64,000 nucleotides of DNA from Cyanobium sp. NIES-981 (GTDB lineage: Bacteria; Cyanobacteriota; Cyanobacteriia; PCC-6307; Cyanobiaceae). The stretch's first letter is position 1; the number at the start of each line of letters is the position of its first letter. Below, one piece after another: positions 50,880-60,717 of this stretch. The DNA lies in assembly GCA_945901765.1 (NCBI GenBank), contig CAMDLO010000001.1, positions 39,740-103,739 of the forward strand. Direction: 5' to 3'. The notes under the pieces were generated by a model. It had not been told where the DNA came from, did no database searches, and saw only the letters and a list, made by a program, of their open reading frames with translations. The position numbers were made by a program, and so were the translations under genes.

Positions 50880-51827
50880 TCAGACGATGCCTTCGGCAGC
50901 CTGCACCTTTTCCACCTGGCGCTTCTTCAGCACCAGCATGATCTGGGCGATGGCAATGGCGGCGAAGAAAGCGAGCAGGCCGTAGATGCGCACAGGATTC
51001 TGCAGCACGATCTCGGTGTCAACCTGGCCGAAGCCACCCACGTTGGGGTCGTTGGTGAGGGCAGCGCCGGCCGCAACGCTGTCGCCGACGGCAACAGTGA
51101 TCACAGGACCGGGGGGAATGGCATCCGAAACCGAGGCGCCGTCGGCCGTGGTGATCTCGACCGTGACCCCACCGTTCTCGGCCGGCGTGATGGCCGCGAT
51201 GGTGCCGGCGACGGATGCGTTGTAAACGCCATTGTTGCTCTTCTCACCGGTGGGATAGACCTGACCGCGACCACGGTTGCCACCAACGTGGAGTTGATAC
51301 TTACCGAAATGGATGCTGCTGTCGGCTGCCGGATCCGGCGAGAGCAACGGGAAGACGATCTCCTGATGGTTGTCACCAGGCAGGGGGCCGACCAGCAGGA
51401 TATTGGGCTGGTCTTCGGAGTACTGGGTGAAATAGACGCCGGCGGTCTCCTCTTTCAGCTCATCGCTGAGCCGGTCCTGGGGGGCAAGCGTGAAGCCATC
51501 GGGGAGCATCACCACCGCACCCACGTTCAGACCGGTGCTGCTGCCGTCCCCGGCGACCTGCTGCACGGAAGTGTCGTAGGGGATCTCCACCACGGCCTTG
51601 AACACCGTGTCGGGGAACACGGCCTGGGGCACTTCCACCCGGGTGGCCTTTTTGGCGAGGTGGCAATTGGCGCAGACGATCTTGCCGGTGGCCTCACGAG
51701 GGCTGGCGTAGTTCTGCTGGGCCCAGAAGGGATAGGCCCAGCTCGGGCTCGCAGCGCCCAGGATCACGGCCAGCGCGAGGCTGGAGCCGAGCAGGGAAGC
51801 GAACAGGGAGGAGAGGGAGCGGCGCAT
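50880..51827 (-). CDS. petA: Apocytochrome f
   Basis: Signal peptide, then the mature [26 protein letters not shown]-terminal TM anchor. Confidence 0.96.
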   Translation of the reverse strand: MRRSLSSLFASLLGSSLALAVILGAASPSWAYPFWAQQNYASPREATGKIVCANCHLAKKATRVEVPQAVFPDTVFKAVVEIPYDTSVQQVAGDGSSTGLNVGAVVMLPDGFTLAPQDRLSDELKEETAGVYFTQYSEDQPNILLVGPLPGDNHQEIVFPLLSPDPAADSSIHFGKYQLHVGGNRGRGQVYPTGEKSNNGVYNASVAGTIAAITPAENGGVTVEITTADGASVSDAIPPGPVITVAVGDSVAAGAALTNDPNVGGFGQVDTEIVLQNPVRIYGLLAFFAAIAIAQIMLVLKKRQVEKVQAAEGIV

Positions 51828-51870
51828 CGGATGGGGAGGGAGGACGACGGGAGGGAAGGGATCTGTCGCG

Positions 51871-52416
51871 TCAGACCCACCAGGGCTTGTCGCCGGTGCG
51901 GAAGTCGGTCTCCGTCCACTGGCTCACAAAGACGTTGTCGTTGTCGACCGACACGTGGGCGAGAGCCAGGGAAAGGGGAGCCGGACCGCGCACCACCTTG
52001 CCGGTGGCGTCGTACTGGGAGCCGTGGCAAGGGCACATGAACTTGTTGGCACCGCTGTTCCAGGGCACCACGCAGCCGAGATGGGTGCAGATGGCATTGA
52101 TGCCGTAGCTGCCGATGGCATCGTCACCCTCCACGATCAGGTAGGTGGGATCGCCCTTGAGGCCCTGGACCAGGCTGCGGTCGCCCTCCTTGTGGCTGCT
52201 CAGCCAACCGCTGGCCGTGACCGAGTTGCCCAGCTCATCCTTGGCGGTGGTACCGCCGCCCCCACCGGCCGCCTTGGGGGGAATGAAGTAATTGACCACC
52301 GGGTACAGGGCCCCGAGGGCCACCCCGGTGAGCGACCCGAAGGTGAGCAGATTCATGAATTGCCGACGACCCATTCCGGGCACATCACCACTCGCGCTGG
52401 CTGGGATCTGGGTCAT
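51871..52416 (-). CDS. petC: Cytochrome b6-f complex Rieske iron-sulfur subunit
   Basis: [11 protein letters not shown] and [12 protein letters not shown] 52416 (MTQIP..), two codons inside the TTG-initiated track ORF. Confidence 0.96.
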   Translation of the reverse strand: MTQIPASASGDVPGMGRRQFMNLLTFGSLTGVALGALYPVVNYFIPPKAAGGGGGTTAKDELGNSVTASGWLSSHKEGDRSLVQGLKGDPTYLIVEGDDAIGSYGINAICTHLGCVVPWNSGANKFMCPCHGSQYDATGKVVRGPAPLSLALAHVSVDNDNVFVSQWTETDFRTGDKPWWV

Positions 52417-52445
52417 GAACAACGTGCCGGTGTAGCCGGTGCAAC

Positions 52446-52958
52446 GTGGCGGTCACATTAAGTCCTGCCCTCCCCACACCGCCGCGGCATCCGGGCGGCC
52501 CTGCCCCACTGCAACAAGCTGTTGTGCGGAAGCGTGCCGCCGTGCCGCGACACGCCTTTGCTGCTAGTGGTCAAGCAGGCGTCCTGTTCCGGTCCGCCCC
52601 GTCCGTCTTGCAGCCCACCATTCCCCCGTCTGCCCCCTCATCGCCGCTCAGCGGGGCGGAACTTCTGGCCCTGCTGCGCCGGCGCTGGCAGGCCTCCTAC
52701 GACCTGCAACTGGTGCAGCGCCGAGGCCGCCTGTACCTGCAGGTGATGTGGGCCTATCTGGAGCAGCAGTCGTTTCCGCTCTCGCCCGAGGCCTACGCCG
52801 ACCGGCTGGAGGAGGTGGCCGGCATGCTGAATGGCATGGGCGTGGCCGGCCAGGTGCGGCAGTGGCTGAGCACCACCAGCGACAAGCCCCGGCTGGGGCG
52901 GGCCCTGGGGCTGGCCCTGGAGTTACCCCCTGAGCGGCGTGGGGAGTTCCTGATCTAA
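52446..52958 (+). CDS. DUF3067-like conserved cyanobacterial protein
   Basis: Core [47 protein letters not shown]...L. The start is uncertain: GTG 52446 is the track start, and TTG 52608 would give about 116 aa. Confidence 0.6.
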   Translation: MAVTLSPALPTPPRHPGGPAPLQQAVVRKRAAVPRHAFAASGQAGVLFRSAPSVLQPTIPPSAPSSPLSGAELLALLRRRWQASYDLQLVQRRGRLYLQVMWAYLEQQSFPLSPEAYADRLEEVAGMLNGMGVAGQVRQWLSTTSDKPRLGRALGLALELPPERRGEFLI

Positions 52959-53797
52959 CCGGCCTGGGCAGCGGCGGCTGGGCCGGGGCGAAGCCGTTCG
53001 CTCAGGGCCACCAGGGCCACACCCACCAGATAGAGGCCCGTGATCGCACCACCCAGCAGCAGCATCGTCACCGGGTCGGTGGAGGGGGTGAGCACGGCGC
53101 CGGCGACTGCGGCCGCCAGCAGCACCCAGCGCCAGGCCGCCAGCATGGTGCGGGCCCTGATCAGGCCGAGGGCACCGAGAATCAACTGCAGCACCGGCAG
53201 CTGGAAGGCCAGGGCGGTGGCCACCATCAGCAGCAGGACAAAATCGAGATAACGCTCGATCGACCAGCTGGGCTCCACCACATCGGCGCCGTAGCTCACC
53301 AGAAATCGCAGGGCAGCCGGCACCAGGGCCCACCAGGCGAAAGCCAGGCCGGCAAGGAACAACACGGCCGATCCGGCCACCGCCGGTGCCACCAGGCGCC
53401 GCTCCCGCCGGGTGAGCCCGGGCAGCACGAAGGCCAGACTCTCGTAAAGCACCCAGGGCAGGGCCAGGCAGAGACCGGCGTAGCCCGCCACCTTCACGGA
53501 CACGAACAGGAACTCACCCGGGGCCAGCTGCAGGAAGCGGATGCCATCAGCCGGCATCTCCAGCAGCCGCACCAGCGGCTTGACGAACACCAGGCAGCCG
53601 GCCGCCGCCAGCACCACCGCCAGCAGGCTGCGCAGCACCCGACGGCGCAGCTCCTCGAGATGGTCCACCAGGCTCATCTCCACTTCCCCTGGGAACTGAT
53701 CGGCCTGCAGCCGCTCGGTGGATGGTGCTTCGGTGGTGCGGGGAATCCGGATCGGCGGCGGGGCTCCCGCAGCGGGGGTGGGCGTGGTGCTGTTCAT
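52955..53797 (-). CDS. tatC: Sec-independent protein translocase TatC
   Basis: MSLVDHLEELRRR, P.EFLF...K, FVLPGL...ER and LTPSTD blocks. Confidence 0.93.
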   Translation of the reverse strand: MNSTTPTPAAGAPPPIRIPRTTEAPSTERLQADQFPGEVEMSLVDHLEELRRRVLRSLLAVVLAAAGCLVFVKPLVRLLEMPADGIRFLQLAPGEFLFVSVKVAGYAGLCLALPWVLYESLAFVLPGLTRRERRLVAPAVAGSAVLFLAGLAFAWWALVPAALRFLVSYGADVVEPSWSIERYLDFVLLLMVATALAFQLPVLQLILGALGLIRARTMLAAWRWVLLAAAVAGAVLTPSTDPVTMLLLGGAITGLYLVGVALVALSERLRPGPAAAAQAG

Positions 53798-55464
53798 GGA
53801 TGCTGCGCTGGCAGCAGGCTAAGGGCCTGCTCCGGGATTCCCCACAACACCGTGCCGCCACGGTGGCGCACGGTACCGGCGGCGGCACCGGGAATCCGCT
53901 GCAGCTCATCGGTGGGCACCATCACCACCGGCACCCGGCCATTGGCCCGGCCCCGACTGAAATGGGCGGCCAGATCAGCCGCCGCCTGCAGGTCGGCAGC
54001 TTCGGCCTGCATCGCCGAGCTCTTCAGCACCACATGACTGCCGGGCAGTTCCTGGGCATGGAACCACAGATCACCACGTCGGGCCTGACGAAAGGAGATC
54101 CACTCGTTCTGACGGTGGTTGCGGCCCACCTGCAGCAGCAGACCCCGACCGGTGCGCACCTCCAGAGGGATGGGCTGGCCCGGCGGTGGTTCGACCGCAC
54201 GACGGGATCGACGCCCCTGCCGCCCGCCCGGGCCCAGCAGCTCCTCCAGCTCCTGGCGGATCGCCTCGAGTTCGGCCGGACTGCCAGCCTGGTCGAGGTA
54301 GGTGAGGCTGGCCTCGATCGCCAGGCCCCGCTCACGGTGCAGGGCCAGTCGCGGCGTGATCGCCTCGACGGAACGACGCAGCTTGCGGGCCTGGCGATAC
54401 AGCTTCTGGGCGGTGTCAATACAGCTGCGACTGGGCTGGCGCTGGCAGAGCAGGGCATCGGCCTGGCGCTGCAGCGCCGCACTGCCGGTGGCGGCCTCCA
54501 GCAGGCGCTGCTGCTCTGCCGCCTGCTGCGCCTCTCGCTCCGCCTGGCGCTGCAGCTGCTGCTGGAGCTGCTGACGCAGCTCCAGCAGGCGGCGCCGCTG
54601 AAGATGGGTGTTGACGTAGCGGGAGAGCGCCCGGTTGATCGGCAACGGCTGCCCCGCCTCGTCCCCGCAGGGGGTGCCAGAAGGTCCACAGCCGCTCTGC
54701 CAGCAGCAGTAGCCGTCCTGGTCGACGCGCCAGAGGAATCGCTGCTGCGCGAGAGCCTCAAGCCATCCCTGCCAGGCGCTCCACAGCTGCTCCCACTGAT
54801 CCGGGCTGAGACGGTCCACCGGCTGCACAAGCCAGGCAGAGGGGGCCAGCTGGCGGCACAGGGCCGGGCTGACCCCCTGATAGGCGTCGCGCAGGGCCTG
54901 CTCCAGGGGCAGCGGCAGCAGCTGCACCTGTTGCCGCCAGCTGAGGAAGGATTCGGTGCGATCCGGCAGGCGACCGGGCAGCGGCGGCGGCGGTTGATAA
55001 GGATCGCCGGTGCCGATCGGACGCAGCCTGGATTGACCGGGCTTGACCTGACGGGCGATCGCGATCACCCGCCCCTCAGCGTCGAGCAGGAACAGGTTGC
55101 TGCGCCGGCCCATCAGCTCGATCACCAGGCAGCGCTCCGGCGGATCCCCGGGGCGGCGGGCGAACACCAGGCGCACCACCCGCTCCCAGCCGGGCTGCTC
55201 GATCGCCGTGAGAGCCAGCCCTCGCAAGCCGTGTTGAAGTTGTTGCGCCAGCGTGCTCCCCTCACCCTGGCGCGGGGGAGGGTCGATGGCCAGCACCCGG
55301 GCGGCCTCGGCCTGCCAGCTGAGCTCCAGCCACTGAAGGCCGTGCAGATGGCGCAGGGCCAGCTGCACCGTCTGGCCCTCTCCCTGCTGCGCCTTCTCGA
55401 ACCGACTGGGCAGCAGCAGCGGGCGCCACTCAGCCAGCACCGCCCGCAGGCTGGTGAGATCCAT
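53794..55464 (-). CDS. NFACT-family (FbpA/RqcH-like) protein
   Basis: The N-terminal NFACT-N-like block is [14 protein letters not shown]...F.K. The C-terminal DUF814-like block is [21 protein letters not shown] 55464, 556 aa. Confidence 0.75.
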   Translation of the reverse strand: MDLTSLRAVLAEWRPLLLPSRFEKAQQGEGQTVQLALRHLHGLQWLELSWQAEAARVLAIDPPPRQGEGSTLAQQLQHGLRGLALTAIEQPGWERVVRLVFARRPGDPPERCLVIELMGRRSNLFLLDAEGRVIAIARQVKPGQSRLRPIGTGDPYQPPPPLPGRLPDRTESFLSWRQQVQLLPLPLEQALRDAYQGVSPALCRQLAPSAWLVQPVDRLSPDQWEQLWSAWQGWLEALAQQRFLWRVDQDGYCCWQSGCGPSGTPCGDEAGQPLPINRALSRYVNTHLQRRRLLELRQQLQQQLQRQAEREAQQAAEQQRLLEAATGSAALQRQADALLCQRQPSRSCIDTAQKLYRQARKLRRSVEAITPRLALHRERGLAIEASLTYLDQAGSPAELEAIRQELEELLGPGGRQGRRSRRAVEPPPGQPIPLEVRTGRGLLLQVGRNHRQNEWISFRQARRGDLWFHAQELPGSHVVLKSSAMQAEAADLQAAADLAAHFSRGRANGRVPVVMVPTDELQRIPGAAAGTVRHRGGTVLWGIPEQALSLLPAQHP

Positions 55465-55555
55465 CGGTTGCAGCCGGAAGGTGGCTGACACGAAACTCCG
55501 GGGACGGCGAACGGGAGTTCCTACTCTGCAGCCCATCCCAGCGTCGATCGCAGCG

Positions 55556-56104
55556 ATGGCCCGTCTCACCGTGATCACCGGTCCCAGCGGCGTCGGCAAA
55601 GGCACCCTGGTCCAGCGCCTGCTTGCTCGCCACCCGCAGGTCTGGCTGTCGGTGTCAGCGACCACGCGCGCACCGCGCAGCGGGGAGCTGGAAGGCCAGA
55701 GCTACTTCTTTCTCACGCGGGTCGCCTTCGAGCAGCAGGTGGCCGCGGGAGGATTTCTGGAATGGGCGGAGTTCGCCGGCAACCTTTACGGGACCCCCCG
55801 GCAGCCGGTGGAGGCCCATCTGGCGGAGGGCAGGCCGGTGCTGCTGGAGATCGAACTGGAGGGGGCCCGCCAGGTGCGCAACACGTTTCCCGATGCCTTC
55901 CAGCTGTTCATCAAACCGCCCAGCTTCGCGGAACTGGAACGACGCATCCGCACGCGGGGAACTGACAGCACCGAAGCCATCCAGCGGCGCCTGGAACGGG
56001 CCCATGTGGAGCTGGCCGCGGAAGCGGAATTCGATGCCGCGCTGGTGAACGGTGATCTGGAGGAGGCCCTGGCCGAACTGGAACGGAGGATGGCGCTGTC
56101 CTGA
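55556..56104 (+). CDS. gmk: Guanylate kinase
   Basis: [23 protein letters not shown] and EWAEF.GNLYGT. Confidence 0.93.
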   Translation: MARLTVITGPSGVGKGTLVQRLLARHPQVWLSVSATTRAPRSGELEGQSYFFLTRVAFEQQVAAGGFLEWAEFAGNLYGTPRQPVEAHLAEGRPVLLEIELEGARQVRNTFPDAFQLFIKPPSFAELERRIRTRGTDSTEAIQRRLERAHVELAAEAEFDAALVNGDLEEALAELERRMALS

Positions 56105-56156
56105 ACAGTGCTGCGGCACAGTGCTGCGAAACAGTGCTGCGAAACAGTGCTGCGGC
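56105..56156. repeat. Four contiguous copies of a 13-bp unit (ACAGTGCTGCGGC, ACAGTGCTGCGAA x2, ACAGTGCTGCGGC)
   Basis: Read directly; the array begins 1 nt after the gmk stop codon. Confidence 0.9.
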
Positions 56157-56190
56157 TTGCTCTCCAGCCGAGAGAGCAGACGGCCCAAAC

Positions 56191-56220
56191 CAACAAAAAG
56201 GCGGCCCAGCTGGGCCGCCT
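56191..56220 (-). terminator. Rho-independent terminator of psaF-psaJ (22-bp perfect palindrome AGGCGGCCCAGCTGGGCCGCCT + U-run on the minus strand)
   Basis: On the minus strand the hairpin is followed by TTTTTGTTGG. It lies 31 nt downstream of the psaJ stop. Confidence 0.75.
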
Positions 56221-56250
56221 GTATGAGCTTGCGGCAGGGGCCGGAAGCGC

Positions 56251-56367
56251 TCACATCGGATGAAAGAGCAGATCAGGGAAGAACCGATTGAACTCAATCA
56301 GGATGCCGGCGGTGATCGTGAACCAGATGGCGGAGAAGACCGGAGCGGTCGTCAGGAATTTCTTCAT
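56251..56367 (-). CDS. psaJ: Photosystem I reaction centre subunit IX
   Basis: Hand translation: [38 protein letters not shown] (38 aa). Absent from the ORF track, whose shortest listed ORFs are 60 aa. Confidence 0.93.
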   Translation of the reverse strand: MKKFLTTAPVFSAIWFTITAGILIEFNRFFPDLLFHPM

Positions 56368-56402
56368 CGTCGGGGCCGTGGTGGAGGTGAACAGGAAAAG
56401 GA

Positions 56403-56900
56403 TCAGCGAGGCGAAACGGTGATCTTGTCGTCGGCCTCGGTGAGTTTGTTGCCGGTCAACTCGCCGAAGGCGGCCAGCGGCCAGGTGGCTGCTGCCAGCG
56501 TGCTCTTGAAGGCCAGCGGCAGATCGATCTGGATCTCCTTCATGGTGGCGTCCTTGCTACCGCGGATCGCCATCAGGTAGGTGCGGCCGGCCCAGCCGAT
56601 GCAGCCGGCGATGTAGAGGAACGCGATGCCGGGGATGATGAAATCACCGGCGTGGCTCCAGCGGCCATCCACGATCAGGTGGGGCAGGCCATCGGTGCCG
56701 CAGAGGGCCTGGCTGTACATCTGAAAGCGGGCCTTGGCCTGGTCGGTCTTGGCGGCGGCGGCGCGCTGCTGGAAACGGGGGCTTTCGGCGCAGGGGGTGA
56801 GGCCGGCAACCGACGCATCCGCCCTGGCCACGGGTGCGAAGCCGAACAGCAGGAAGGCTGAAAGCAGAACCGCGCACAGGCGGGGGAAGAGACGGCGCAT
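56403..56900 (-). CDS. psaF: Photosystem I reaction centre subunit III
   Basis: [19 protein letters not shown] and [16 protein letters not shown] 56900 (MRRLFPRL..). Confidence 0.95.
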   Translation of the reverse strand: MRRLFPRLCAVLLSAFLLFGFAPVARADASVAGLTPCAESPRFQQRAAAAKTDQAKARFQMYSQALCGTDGLPHLIVDGRWSHAGDFIIPGIAFLYIAGCIGWAGRTYLMAIRGSKDATMKEIQIDLPLAFKSTLAAATWPLAAFGELTGNKLTEADDKITVSPR

Positions 56901-56949
56901 CGCGGTGCAGGATGTCACCAGCGGACAGTAGGGGCGCCCCTGCGGGCAC

Positions 56950-58017
56950 ATGACAACGGTTCTGGCCCTCGAAACAAGTTGTGACGAGTCGGCGGCCGCC
57001 CTCGTGCGGGACGGTGCCGTGCTCGCCGCCGCCGTGGCATCCCAGGTGGAGGAACACGCCCGCTGGGGCGGGGTGGTGCCGGAAATCGCGTCACGGCGGC
57101 ATGTGGAAGCCCTGCCTCAGTTGATTGAGAGGGTCTGCTCCGAAAGCGATCTGCCGGTGGCAGCGGTGGATGCGGTGGCGGCCACGGTGGCGCCCGGGTT
57201 GGTGGGGGCGCTGCTGGTCGCTTCCGTCACGGGCCGCACCCTGGCGCGGCTGCACGCCAAACCGTTTCTGGGCATCCACCATCTGGAGGGCCATCTGGCT
57301 TCCGTGCAACTGGGGGAGCCCCTGCCGCCAGGGCCGTACCTGGTGCTGCTGGTCAGCGGCGGGCACACCGAGCTGGTGCGGGTCGACGGTGCTGGCCGGT
57401 ATCTGCGCCTGGGGCGCAGCCACGATGACGCGGCCGGCGAAGCCTTCGACAAGGCAGCTCGCCTGCTGGGGCTGGGCTACCCGGGCGGTCCAGCGATCCA
57501 GGCGGCAGCGCTGGGCGGCGACGGCAACCGCTACCCGCTGCCCAAGGGACGGATCTCCCTGCCGGAAGGGGGATTCCACCCCTACGACTTCAGTTTCAGC
57601 GGTCTGAAGACCGCCCTGCTGCGCCAGGTGCGTGCTCTGGAGCAACAGCGGCCAACAGCGAACGCCCCCCTGCCGGTGGCTGATCTGGCAGCCAGCTTTG
57701 AGCGGGTGGTGGCCGAGGTGCTGGTGGAACGGAGCTGCCGCTGCGCCCGCGATCACGGTCTCACCACCCTGGTGCTGGTCGGTGGCGTGGCCGCCAACCG
57801 GCGTTTGCGGGAGCAGATGGCGATCGGTTGCCATCGCGATGGGCTGGAACTGCGGATCGCACCGCTGGCCTACTGCACCGACAACGCGGCCATGATCGGC
57901 ATAGCGGCCTGCCATCGCCTGAGCGCCGGGCTGAACAGCCCGCTCGACCTTGGGGTGGCGGCCCGTCTGCCCCTGGATCAGTCGGACTGTCTGTACCAGA
58001 CGCCGGCCGCGTTTTAG
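56950..58017 (+). CDS. tsaD: tRNA N6-adenosine threonylcarbamoyltransferase
   Basis: [30 protein letters not shown] and GGVAAN. Confidence 0.95.
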   Translation: MTTVLALETSCDESAAALVRDGAVLAAAVASQVEEHARWGGVVPEIASRRHVEALPQLIERVCSESDLPVAAVDAVAATVAPGLVGALLVASVTGRTLARLHAKPFLGIHHLEGHLASVQLGEPLPPGPYLVLLVSGGHTELVRVDGAGRYLRLGRSHDDAAGEAFDKAARLLGLGYPGGPAIQAAALGGDGNRYPLPKGRISLPEGGFHPYDFSFSGLKTALLRQVRALEQQRPTANAPLPVADLAASFERVVAEVLVERSCRCARDHGLTTLVLVGGVAANRRLREQMAIGCHRDGLELRIAPLAYCTDNAAMIGIAACHRLSAGLNSPLDLGVAARLPLDQSDCLYQTPAAF

Positions 58018-58053
58018 GCCGCGTAAAATCCCGGCCGATCGCCCCGCCACGCC

Positions 58054-58263
58054 ATGGCCGCTCCCGACCCAAGGCCGATGCCCGTGACGGCGGATCAGCC
58101 TGATGGCTTCGACCCTGCCGGCACCCCTGTCAGCCCCAGTGAACTGAATGCCTGGCGCCGGGGCTTCACCCCCCAGGCGGAGATCTGGAACGGTCGGCTG
58201 GCCATGCTCGGCCTGTCCCTCGGCCTGACCGTGCTGCTGCTGGTTCGGCTGGCGACGGCCTGA
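58054..58263 (+). CDS. hli: High-light-inducible protein (HLIP, one-helix CAB family)
   Basis: GFTPQAEIWNGRLAMLGLSLGL chlorophyll-binding helix. 69 aa. Confidence 0.9.
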   Translation: MAAPDPRPMPVTADQPDGFDPAGTPVSPSELNAWRRGFTPQAEIWNGRLAMLGLSLGLTVLLLVRLATA

Positions 58264-58308
58264 AGCCGGCCGATCTCAGGGACGTGCCGGCGGCCCGGTC
58301 GGTCCTGC

Positions 58309-59508
58309 CTAAACCCGGCCGCGCAGATCCTGCGCCAGTTCGTTGGGCCTGAGGCTCTGAGCCAGGGCATCCTCCGCCTCGACCCGACCGTCCTGCACCA
58401 GCTGCAGCAGAGCCTGATTGGCTGTCTGCATGCCGTCGAATCCGCTGCGACGCATGATCTCCTCGATTTCATCAAGTTCGCCGCGCTGGATGTAGTCCTT
58501 GCAGGCATCCGTGTTGATCAGGATGTCGTGATAGGCACAGCGCTTGCCATCGGTGCTTTTAAGCAGCCCCTGGGCGATCACTGCCAGCAGCGTTTCCGAC
58601 ACGGCCCGCCGGATGCTGTCCTGCTCCTGCGGAGGAAACATGCCAAGCACCCGCTCCACCGTCTTGACGGCCGAGTTGGTGTGCAGGGTGCCGAAGACCA
58701 AGTGGCCGGTCTGGGAGGCCTCGATAGCGGTCGCGAGCGTCTCCTGGTCGCGGATTTCGCCGATCAGAATCACATCGGGATCTTCCCGCAGCGCCGCACG
58801 CAAGGCGTTGTGGAAGAGCTTGGTGTGCTCGCCCACCTCTCGGTGCCGAATCAGGGACTGGCGGCTTTCGTGCACAAACTCCACCGGATCTTCAATCGTG
58901 AGGATGTGACGACGGCAGTTGCGGTTGATCCAATCGATCATCGCGGCCAGCGTCGTGCTCTTGCCGGAGCCGGTTGGGCCAGTAACGAGGATCATCCCTT
59001 TGGGACGGTTGCAGAGTTCGCTCAGCACCGCCGGCAGCCTGAGCTCATCCAACGTGGAGATCTTCTGCGGAATCAGCCGAAGCACCATCGCCGGCCCGCG
59101 GAAGGAATCCATCAGATTGATTCGCACCCGCACGAACGGGAAGGTGAAGGAGCCATCGAACTCCTTGTCACGGTTGAATTGGTCCACCTCCGCCGGGCTG
59201 AGCATCTCTCTCACCCAGCGGTTGAAGGTGACCTGATCGGTCACCGGCCATTCGGTGCGCAGCATGTCGCCGCGGCTGCGGTACCGAGGCTCCTCGCCCA
59301 CCCCCAGGTGCACGTCGGACACGCCGCGCTCGTTGGCCAGCCGCACGATCCCCTCAAGGTTCTCCGGCAGGGGGCCGAAGGGGCCGACGCTGGGGGAGGC
59401 CGGGGGGGCAGCGGGGAGCGGAACGGTGGGGAAGGGTGCCGCCGGGAAAGGGGCCCCAGCAAAGGGAGTGGCGGCAAAGGGTGGCGGAGGAATGGGCGAC
59501 GACGTCAT
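58309..59508 (-). CDS. pilT: Type IV pilus retraction ATPase PilT-like, with ~50-aa Pro-rich N-terminal extension
   Basis: GVSDVHL, VTGPTGSGKSTT, ILIGEIRD and GHLVFGTLHTN. ATG 59508; there is no alternative ATG/GTG before the conserved core. Confidence 0.88.
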   Translation of the reverse strand: MTSSPIPPPPFAATPFAGAPFPAAPFPTVPLPAAPPASPSVGPFGPLPENLEGIVRLANERGVSDVHLGVGEEPRYRSRGDMLRTEWPVTDQVTFNRWVREMLSPAEVDQFNRDKEFDGSFTFPFVRVRINLMDSFRGPAMVLRLIPQKISTLDELRLPAVLSELCNRPKGMILVTGPTGSGKSTTLAAMIDWINRNCRRHILTIEDPVEFVHESRQSLIRHREVGEHTKLFHNALRAALREDPDVILIGEIRDQETLATAIEASQTGHLVFGTLHTNSAVKTVERVLGMFPPQEQDSIRRAVSETLLAVIAQGLLKSTDGKRCAYHDILINTDACKDYIQRGELDEIEEIMRRSGFDGMQTANQALLQLVQDGRVEAEDALAQSLRPNELAQDLRGRV

Positions 59509-59604
59509 CGGGGGCCACCAGGTCAGTTCCAGCTTCGCTGGGCGGAGCGGTTCTGTCAGCCCGGATGGGGCTCCGTAGGATCCGACCATTCGCCGACGCC
59601 TGCC

Positions 59605-60717
59605 GTGCCCCTGCCCCTGGTCACGATCGTGCTCGGCACCCGCCCCGAGGCGATCAAGCTGGCACCGGTGATCCGGGCCTTCCAGTCGGCCGACGCGTTC
59701 CGTACCCGGGTGGTGCTCACCGGCCAGCACCGGGAGATGGTGAGCCAGGTGATGGAGCTGTTCGGCCTGCAGGCCGACCATGATCTGGCCTTGATGGCTC
59801 CGAAGCAGACCCTTACCCACATCACCTGCGCCGCCCTGGGCGGGCTGAAAGAGGAGTTCTCCGCCCACCGGCCCGATCTCGTGCTGGTGCAGGGCGACAC
59901 CACCACCGCCTTCGCCTCGGCCCTGGCCGCCTTCTACGAGCAGATCCCGGTGGGCCACGTGGAGGCGGGCCTGCGCACCGACAATCTGCTCGATCCCTTT
60001 CCCGAAGAGGCGAATCGCAGGCTGATCTCTCAGCTAGCTCAGCTGCATTTCGCCCCCACCGAGCGCTCGGCGGCCAACTGCCGCGCGTCGGGGGTGGTGG
60101 GCGAGGTGCTGGTCACGGGCAACACCGTGATTGATGCCCTGCTGCAGATGGCGGATCAGGCGCCGGCCTACGAGCTGCCGGGGCTTGACTGGCAGGGGCA
60201 ACGGGTGCTGCTGGCCACGGTGCACCGACGCGAGAACTGGGGCGAGCGCCTGGGCGAGATCGGCGCCGGCTTCCTGCAACTGCTGGAACGGTTCCCGGAT
60301 ACGGCCCTGCTGCTGCCCCTGCATCGCAACCCAACGGTGCGCGAACCGCTGCAGGCCCTGCTGGGCAACCATCCACGCGCCTTTCTCACCGAGCCGCTCG
60401 ACTACGACCAGCTGGTGGCGGCGATGCGGGGCGCCACCCTGGTGCTGACCGATTCAGGCGGCCTGCAGGAAGAGGCCCCGGCCCTGGGTAAACCGGTGCT
60501 GGTGCTGCGCCGCACCACGGAGCGCCCGGAAGCGGTGGAGGCCGGCACCGCCCGGCTGATCGGCACCGCCAGTGCCGACATTGTGAGCGAAGCCAGCCTG
60601 CTGCTGAGGGACACCGCCGCCTACGAGGCCATGGCCCGGGCCCACAACCCCTTCGGCGACGGCCAGGCCAGCGGGCGGATCGTCGCCGCGGCCCAGCGCT
60701 TTCTGGCCGTCCCTTAA
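59605..60717 (+). CDS. wecB: UDP-N-acetylglucosamine 2-epimerase (non-hydrolysing)
   Basis: VLGTRPEAIKLAPV, QGDTTT, HVEAGLRT and TDSGGLQEEAPALGKPVLVLR. GTG 59605. Confidence 0.9.
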   Translation: MPLPLVTIVLGTRPEAIKLAPVIRAFQSADAFRTRVVLTGQHREMVSQVMELFGLQADHDLALMAPKQTLTHITCAALGGLKEEFSAHRPDLVLVQGDTTTAFASALAAFYEQIPVGHVEAGLRTDNLLDPFPEEANRRLISQLAQLHFAPTERSAANCRASGVVGEVLVTGNTVIDALLQMADQAPAYELPGLDWQGQRVLLATVHRRENWGERLGEIGAGFLQLLERFPDTALLLPLHRNPTVREPLQALLGNHPRAFLTEPLDYDQLVAAMRGATLVLTDSGGLQEEAPALGKPVLVLRRTTERPEAVEAGTARLIGTASADIVSEASLLLRDTAAYEAMARAHNPFGDGQASGRIVAAAQRFLAVP

